DNA from: Candidatus Latescibacterota bacterium
GTDB lineage: Bacteria; Latescibacterota; UBA2968
Direction: 5' to 3'
Assembly: GCA_965204375.1 (NCBI GenBank)
Contig: OZ241986.1
Span: 352,001-416,000, forward strand
Length of the DNA: 64,000 bases
In this document: in pieces, positions 58,017-64,000 of the stretch
Layout: each line of letters begins with the position of its first letter
How positions within the stretch are numbered: the stretch's first letter is position 1
Program-made: the position numbers and the translations under genes
The notes under the pieces: generated by a model
Databases searched by the model: none
What the model was told of the DNA's origin: nothing
The model's input: the letters and a program-made list of their open reading frames with translations, nothing else

Positions 58017-58046
58017 AAAAACCTCATCCTATTGGATGGGGTTTTT
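58017..58046. terminator. Intrinsic terminator (bidirectional-type)
   Basis: AAAAACCTCATCC-TATT-GGATGGGGTTTTT. Confidence 0.75.
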
Positions 58047-58121
58047 ATTATGCTTGCACTTGAGCGATTTGCTTGCTACGTTACTCGTGAGCGAGCAAAC
58101 CCTTTGAATGGGATATTGGAT

Positions 58122-59249
58122 ATGCGAGAATATTTGATTATCGATGGTCATCTCGATATGGCGTTTAACGCGCTGTTTTATCGCCGGGATCTCACGCAGT
58201 CTGTATATGTGTTGCGCGAGCGCGAAGACAGTATGGTGGGAGGATTGTCAAACCATCCGGATTCGCTGGAGAAACGACGGGGACCACAACCCAAGCGGTT
58301 TACGCCAACTGTTTGTTTGCCCGAGATGCGCAAAGGGCGTGTGGGGATTATGCTTTCGACCATTATGTGTCGCGTGCAAAATCCACAGGACAATACGCAC
58401 AATGCGGTGCGCACACAGGATGTGGCTTATGCACGGGGGCAATCTCATCTGGCGTATTATCGGGCACTGGAACGGTGTGGAGAAATTCGGTTTATCAAGT
58501 CTGTTGCAGATCTCAATGCCTGTGTTGCTGACTGGGAAGATCCATCTGAAGATACGCCCGTAGGGCTTATTTTGTCGATGGAAAGTGCCGATCCGATTCT
58601 GGGTCCCGATCAGGTGGGTGAATGGTATGAAGCGGGGCTGAGATCGGTGTCTTTGACGCATTTTGGCGCCAATACGTATGGGCATGGCACGGGTACAGTG
58701 GGTGGGCTATATCCACCGGCTTACGCGCTGATGGATGCGCTGTCTGAGACCGATATTGCGCTGGATCTGACTCATGCGGCAGACCTCACTTTCTGGCATA
58801 TTCTCGATTATTGGAAGGGACCAGTGCATGCCAGCCATTGCAATTGTCGCGCATTGGTGCCGGGGCAGCGGCATTTGTCGGATGATATGATTCGTGCGAT
58901 CACGGACCGGGGTGGCGTAATTGGGATGGTTTTTGCCGAGCAGATGCTGTCTCCTGCCTGGAATTGGGACGATCCGAGTACACATTATACCACGGCAACC
59001 CGACCGATGAAGGCAGTGCTCGAACATATCGATCACATCTGCGAACTGACTGGCAGTACGGATCACGTGGCTTATGGCACGGATCTGGACGGTGGTTTTG
59101 GGTTGGAGCTTTCGCCCACAGATTATCATACGATTGACGATTTGCAGCGCTTTCTAAATCTCATGCGCGATCACGGCTATGGAGAAGACGACGTGAAGGG
59201 TTTTGCGCATGGGAATTTGGTTCGATTTTTTAATATAGCCTGGGGATGA
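58122..59249 (+). CDS. Membrane dipeptidase (peptidase M19) family protein 1
   Basis: DGHLD, SMESAD, DLTH, ASHCN, GGVIG and GTDLDGG motifs. Start taken at ATG 58122. Confidence 0.9.
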   Translation: MREYLIIDGHLDMAFNALFYRRDLTQSVYVLREREDSMVGGLSNHPDSLEKRRGPQPKRFTPTVCLPEMRKGRVGIMLSTIMCRVQNPQDNTHNAVRTQDVAYARGQSHLAYYRALERCGEIRFIKSVADLNACVADWEDPSEDTPVGLILSMESADPILGPDQVGEWYEAGLRSVSLTHFGANTYGHGTGTVGGLYPPAYALMDALSETDIALDLTHAADLTFWHILDYWKGPVHASHCNCRALVPGQRHLSDDMIRAITDRGGVIGMVFAEQMLSPAWNWDDPSTHYTTATRPMKAVLEHIDHICELTGSTDHVAYGTDLDGGFGLELSPTDYHTIDDLQRFLNLMRDHGYGEDDVKGFAHGNLVRFFNIAWG

Positions 59250-59250
59250 C

Positions 59251-60336
59251 ATGGCCGATCATACTTACTTCATTGTCGATAGCCACTTAGATCTCGCCTT
59301 TTGCGCTATTCAGGTCAATCGCGATCTCACGCAACCCGCGGCAACCGTACGGGTACACGATTCGGAACTGACTACGCGCAGTTTTGGGTCGTGTACGACT
59401 ACGTTTCCCGAGTTGCACAAGGGGCGTGTGGGGATTGTGTTTGGCACTGTGATGTCGCGTATTGATACCAATGATCGCTGGACGCGCACGGGGATGTGGG
59501 ATCAGACGCAGTGTTATGGTGTCGGGAGGGGACATTACGCCTTTTATAAGGCGATGGAGCGACGGGGGATTATTCGGCAGATTCATACGGTTGAGGATTT
59601 GGACGCCTGTGTTGCGGCGTGGACGCAGCCTTCGGCAGATACTCCGATTGGGCTGGTGCTGGCGATGGAAAGCGCCGATCCGATTCTCGATCCCGATCAG
59701 GTACCCGAATGGCGCGATTTGGGGTTGAAAATGGTGAGTATTTCGCATTATGGCGTGAGTTCTTATTGCCACGGAACAGGGACGGAAGGGGGATTGCTGG
59801 ATCGGGGCAGGCCATTGCTCGACGCGCTCAAAGCCGCGGGGATTATCGTGGATATGACACATACGACCGATCAGGCTTTCTGGGAAATTCTCGATTATTA
59901 CGATGGACCGGTGGCTGCAAGCCATCACAATTGTCGGGCATTGACGCCCGGGCAGCGGCAGTTGACTGATGATATGATCCGCGCGATTGTTGAACGCGGT
60001 GGAGTTATTGGCGCGGCTTTTGATGTGTGGATGCTTGATCCAGAGTGGGAGCGGGGGGTGCCGTGTTATGAACAGACCACAAAGGCGACGCTCGATACTG
60101 TGGTTGATCACATTGATCATGTGTGTCAGCTTGCTGGCAATGCCAATCATTCGGGCATTGGGACGGATCTGGATGGGGGGTATGGCCAGGAACAGTCGCC
60201 GCGAGATTTAAATACAATTGCCGATTTGCAGAATCTGGTACCCATTTTTGAACGGCGCGGATATTCAGAAGAAGATATTCAAAAGGTGTTGTCGGGAAAT
60301 TGGGTGCGGTTGTTGAAATCGGTGTGGGAAAAGTGA
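59251..60336 (+). CDS. Membrane dipeptidase (peptidase M19) family protein 2
   Basis: DSHLD, AMESAD, DMTH, ASHHN and GTDLDGG motifs; paralog of the upstream gene. Confidence 0.9.
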   Translation: MADHTYFIVDSHLDLAFCAIQVNRDLTQPAATVRVHDSELTTRSFGSCTTTFPELHKGRVGIVFGTVMSRIDTNDRWTRTGMWDQTQCYGVGRGHYAFYKAMERRGIIRQIHTVEDLDACVAAWTQPSADTPIGLVLAMESADPILDPDQVPEWRDLGLKMVSISHYGVSSYCHGTGTEGGLLDRGRPLLDALKAAGIIVDMTHTTDQAFWEILDYYDGPVAASHHNCRALTPGQRQLTDDMIRAIVERGGVIGAAFDVWMLDPEWERGVPCYEQTTKATLDTVVDHIDHVCQLAGNANHSGIGTDLDGGYGQEQSPRDLNTIADLQNLVPIFERRGYSEEDIQKVLSGNWVRLLKSVWEK

Positions 60337-60348
60337 GAGGATACAAAA

Positions 60349-61806
60349 ATGTCAGAGCGACCTAATTTGTTGTTGATTACAACAGATCAACAGCGCGGAG
60401 ATTGCCTCGGGTGTGATGGACATCCGGCACTGGAGACGCCGTATCTCGATGAAATGGCCGAGCGGGGAGCGCATTTCCCCCACGCCTATACGTCGGTGCC
60501 GTCGTGTACGCCTGCACGCGCGGGGATTATCACGGGGATGGATCAATGGAATCACGGGCGGTTGACAATGACGGGAAGCCATCCGCTGGAATATCCGGCG
60601 ACATTGCCGGGAGAACTTGCAGCGGCGGGGTATCACACGCAGGCCGTGGGTAAGATGCACCATGCCCCGCAACGCAGATTATATGGTTTTCACCACATGG
60701 TGCTGGATGAAAGTGGACGGCGGATGGGAAATTTTATCAGCGATTATCATTTGTTTTTTGATCAGCACAAGGAAGGTGCTTACGGGTATCGGGATCACAG
60801 TATCGATTGGAATTCATGGATGGCACGGCCCAGTCATTTGCCCGAGCATTTGCATCCGACGCACTGGACGGCGAGCGAGGGGATTAAATTTTTGCAGCAA
60901 CGCGATCCGACCAAACCGTTTTTTATGTGGCTTTCATTTGCGCGTCCCCATTCGCCTTATGATGCGCCTCAGGCGTATTGGGATATGTATATCAATAATG
61001 ACAATATCCCCAAAGCCGCTGTGGGAGACTGGGCAGCAGAGTTCGATAAAAAGGTCGCGGATGTCAATGCGCCGCGTTCGCACCGTTCCGATGCCGAAAC
61101 GCACAGGGGACGCGCGGGATATTACGGCAATATTACATTTATTGATCACCAGATTGGGCGCGTGCTGTACGAGTTGCGCCGCCACGACCCGCAAACATAC
61201 GGCAATACTCTGATTATTTTTACATCTGATCACGGCGATATGATGGGCGACCATCACCACTGGCGGAAAACCTACGCTTACGAAGGGTCTGCGCGCATTC
61301 CGTTTATCGTGAAGTATCCCGATACATGGCGCGATATGGCGCGAGGGGTAAAGTATGATCATCCCGTGGAGTTGCGCGATGTGATGCCCACATTGCTCGA
61401 TGCCGCCGGAGTCGAGATACCAGAGTCTGTGGATGGGCGGTCTCTTCTGGATATTGCGCGGGGGGATGACGAGGGATGGCGCGCGTTTGTGCAGGGCGAG
61501 CATACGTCGTGTTATACAAGAGAACACGGTATGCAATATGTCACCGATGGGCACGAGAAGTATATCTGGTTTCATCACACGGGAGAAGAACAGTTTTTTA
61601 ATCTGGATGACGATCCATTGGAATGCTGCGAATTGTCAAAAGATCCGGCGTATGAAACGCGCATCGCGATGTGGCGCAGGCGATTGGCAGAGGTGAATGA
61701 GAATCGGGGCGATCCGAGGGGTCAAAATGGAGAACTCGTGCCGCAGTTCGATGGCGCGCTGAGTCTGTCGCCAAATTATCAGAGATGGAAAGACGCCGCG
61801 CAATAA
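60349..61806 (+). CDS. Cys-type (formylglycine) sulfatase
   Basis: RPNLLLITTDQQR, CTPAR, GKMH, PHSPY and TSDHG motifs. Confidence 0.94.
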   Translation: MSERPNLLLITTDQQRGDCLGCDGHPALETPYLDEMAERGAHFPHAYTSVPSCTPARAGIITGMDQWNHGRLTMTGSHPLEYPATLPGELAAAGYHTQAVGKMHHAPQRRLYGFHHMVLDESGRRMGNFISDYHLFFDQHKEGAYGYRDHSIDWNSWMARPSHLPEHLHPTHWTASEGIKFLQQRDPTKPFFMWLSFARPHSPYDAPQAYWDMYINNDNIPKAAVGDWAAEFDKKVADVNAPRSHRSDAETHRGRAGYYGNITFIDHQIGRVLYELRRHDPQTYGNTLIIFTSDHGDMMGDHHHWRKTYAYEGSARIPFIVKYPDTWRDMARGVKYDHPVELRDVMPTLLDAAGVEIPESVDGRSLLDIARGDDEGWRAFVQGEHTSCYTREHGMQYVTDGHEKYIWFHHTGEEQFFNLDDDPLECCELSKDPAYETRIAMWRRRLAEVNENRGDPRGQNGELVPQFDGALSLSPNYQRWKDAAQ

Positions 61807-61819
61807 CTGTGAGGATGCT

Positions 61820-62299
61820 ATGGCCCAAAAATACTGGCTTGTAAAGTGCGAGTACGATGTGTGCTCTTTTGAAGAATTGAGCAATCGGCCCAGTGGGATT
61901 GGGTACTGGCGAGGCGTGCGCAATTATCAAGCGCGTAATTTTATCCGCGACGAAATGCAAAAAGGCGATCAGGCACTTTTCTATCAGTCGAATTGTAAAA
62001 ATCCCGGTGTTGCCGGTATTGCCAATATTGTGCGTGCGGGATATCCTGACCCCTCTCAATTCGATGCGCAGCATGAGTACTACGACGAGAAGGCTTCCAG
62101 AGAAGAGCCGCGCTGGTTTTCCTTTGATGTGCAATGGTCAAAAGCATTTGAGCCTTATGTCAGTCTGCAAGATCTCAAGAACAATCCCAAGCTCAAAGAT
62201 ATGAAGGTGGTTCAGCGCGGGCAGCGGTTGTCAATTCAGCCGGTGACAAAGGAGGAGTTTGAGATTGTGTGCGAGATGGGTGGACATTTGGCGAGATGA
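61820..62299 (+). CDS. EVE domain protein
   Basis: YWLVKCE, W.GVRNYQARNFIRD.M..GD...FY.S and RLSIQPVT motifs. Confidence 0.93.
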   Translation: MAQKYWLVKCEYDVCSFEELSNRPSGIGYWRGVRNYQARNFIRDEMQKGDQALFYQSNCKNPGVAGIANIVRAGYPDPSQFDAQHEYYDEKASREEPRWFSFDVQWSKAFEPYVSLQDLKNNPKLKDMKVVQRGQRLSIQPVTKEEFEIVCEMGGHLAR

Positions 62300-62316
62300 G
62301 AAGGCAAAGGTATATC

Positions 62317-62802
62317 ATGCCGCGTAAAAACAAGGTTCTCAGCATCGGCGATATCGCCCCCTTATTTACTCTCCCCTCACACGAGGGGCGATATATCTCA
62401 CTTGTGGCGTATCGAAAAAAGAAACATGTCGTTTTGATCTTTTTTAGGGGAACATGGTGACTGAATAGCCGTCGTCAGTTGGCGGCAGTGCAAGAGTATT
62501 TCTCCGCTTATGTCGAATGCGATGCGACTCTACTCGCCATAGCTGCGCAGAGGCCCCGCGCACTGATCAAATACATTGAGCGCAAGGGGATAACCTATCC
62601 GTTACTGGCTGATAGAAAACGGCGCACGATCAAAAGCTATGGGGTCTATCACGGGCTCGGGCTAACCTCTTACAAACTTGCCCGCCCGGCGACGTTTATC
62701 GTCGATAAACTCGGCATTATTAGATATATGTATATTGGTTCGAATCAGTATGATTTTGCCGAACAGGAAGAAATTCTCGAGCACTTGAAATTGCTAAAAT
62801 AG
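62317..62802 (+). CDS. Peroxiredoxin-like (AhpC/TSA) selenoprotein with in-frame TGA at 62458-62460
   Basis: ORF-track pieces 62269-62460 and 62479-62802 are in the same frame. Joined: GDIAPLFTLPS...VVLIFFRGTW-U-LNSRRQL...YPLLAD...ARPATFIVDK.G.IRY. A hairpin follows the TGA. Confidence 0.82.
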
Positions 62803-63008
62803 TTCAGATTGATGAGCAAGACTTGAAATATAATTACTTCAGACTTACTCAATCTCTGATTAGCGGACATTTGACGAGATGAGGTAGTCAAACGACAAAA
62901 AAAAGAAATAAGACTTGACAAAAAATAGGTAGTGTTCAAATATTTTTTAGTTTAAGCAGGTGTTTCGCTAACTAACCTCGAGAATTTGGCTTAAAATGAG
63001 GTGCTGAA

Positions 63009-64000
63009 TTGCAGATCCCTTCTTCATATCAACCCGGGTACGAAGAGGCCCTTCTGACTGATCCAGATTTCGCCAAAACGTACATCCAGCACACGCTCAT
63101 CGGCGATCCCGATGCCGATGCTCTGATCAATGGATTAGCCGGTATTGACGAGAAGCAACAGGGCGTATTTATCAGGGCTGGAATGGATCAGGATGAGGAA
63201 AAACTGCGTGATGCGCCTCAGGCAGTACGGGCGTTTTTTGAGAAGATTGGGACGCCGCCCGCGTGGTTTGATCCCGAGTCAGTATATCCCGGATGCCGTG
63301 GCTTCCAAGCCTATTCAGATCTGTTTCTCACCTCGTTTGTCGTGGATATTATTGTACAGGGTTTCACTACGCTGATCAGCCAATCGTTTTTCACCACAGG
63401 AAGGCTGACCGATCAGGGGGTGCGGCGGTTAAAGCAAAATATACTTCATCTCTTAGAGATTATGTTGCCGGGTGGCCTGGAGCGACATGGCGAGGGCTGG
63501 AAATTGTCTGTCCGTCTGCGGCTGGTGCATGCACAGGTCAGGCGGCATCTTCTCGCTTCTGAGGAGTGGGACCATGAAGCCCACGGCATGCCGATCAGTG
63601 CTGCCCACATCGCGCTCGCGTCCTGTAATTTCTCCGGGATGCTGTTGCGGTCAGCCACGCGAATTGGCGCACGTCTAAACGATGAAGAACGCGATAGTTT
63701 TATGCAGATATGGCGCTATACCGCTCATCTGATGGGTGTGCCCGAGGCACTCTTGTTCAGCAATGAGACCGAAGCCTGTGAAATATACCGCGTGGGTTAT
63801 ATCTGCGAGCCGCCTCCTGGTCTGGAAGCTATTGCTATGGCAAACTCGGTGATTGCCTCGGCTCCTTACGTGATCGGTATTAAAGACGAGAAAGAGCGAG
63901 ATAATCTATCTGGTTTTGGGTACCGCCTTTCCCGAGCGTTGATTGGAGACGAACTCGCCGATCAACTCATGTTCCCCAAAAGTCGGACATCTGGGCCTGG
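63009..64000 (+). CDS. Oxygenase MpaB/DUF2236 (rubber-oxygenase-like) family protein, runs off window end
   Basis: Manual translation from TTG 63009 (RBS GAGGTG): GDPDAD, PAWFD, TGRL...RRL, GWKLSVRLRLVHAQVRR, WD....G.PIS and WRY..HLMGV motifs. Confidence 0.85.
   Translation, partial: MQIPSSYQPGYEEALLTDPDFAKTYIQHTLIGDPDADALINGLAGIDEKQQGVFIRAGMDQDEEKLRDAPQAVRAFFEKIGTPPAWFDPESVYPGCRGFQAYSDLFLTSFVVDIIVQGFTTLISQSFFTTGRLTDQGVRRLKQNILHLLEIMLPGGLERHGEGWKLSVRLRLVHAQVRRHLLASEEWDHEAHGMPISAAHIALASCNFSGMLLRSATRIGARLNDEERDSFMQIWRYTAHLMGVPEALLFSNETEACEIYRVGYICEPPPGLEAIAMANSVIASAPYVIGIKDEKERDNLSGFGYRLSRALIGDELADQLMFPKSRTSGP

Noticed and set aside
62807-62892. Imperfect inverted repeats after the selenoprotein gene as a 3' SECIS or sRNA
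   Set aside because: Bacterial SECIS elements are adjacent to the UGA. These AT-rich repeats are more simply a terminator or operator and cannot be supported further.

Overview
A 64-kb bacterial chromosome segment of roughly 50% GC by eye. The gene content is Gram-negative, with a TonB receptor, a porin and sigma54 signals. The many paralogous DapA, enolase, PhyH, sulfatase and Gfo/Idh enzymes and the NHL/FG-GAP adhesin with a D-F-N-x-D-G tail suggest, by inference only, a Latescibacterota/Gemmatimonadota-like, possibly host-associated marine organism. The left third is housekeeping: dnaB, udg, coaBC, rpoZ, gmk and yicC on the minus strand, then lepA, lepB, hemW, thrB, an orphan polysaccharide-export pair, a MetE-core enzyme, a 1565-aa repeat protein and tsaC on the plus strand. 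Next come a porin, recD2, tesA/ybbP/ybbA-like genes, cinA, an AT-rich restriction-modification islet with an extra PD-(D/E)XK-like nuclease, and purM. The remainder is a catabolic region with three gene duplications and an IS1380 element. Five things are not visible in the ORF track. (1) Degenerate 7-bp and 9-bp tandem arrays sit at gene junctions, some in inverted pairs that are empty or enclose small cargo (a collapsed four-helix-bundle gene, a HicB-like gene). (2) There is a probable selenocysteine-containing peroxiredoxin-like gene with an in-frame TGA and a SECIS-like hairpin. (3) A 123-aa gene split by IS1380 rejoins in frame. (4) A consensus sigma54 promoter has paired enhancer palindromes. 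(5) There is a structured intergenic RNA candidate. I recognised no rRNA, tRNA or CRISPR array.
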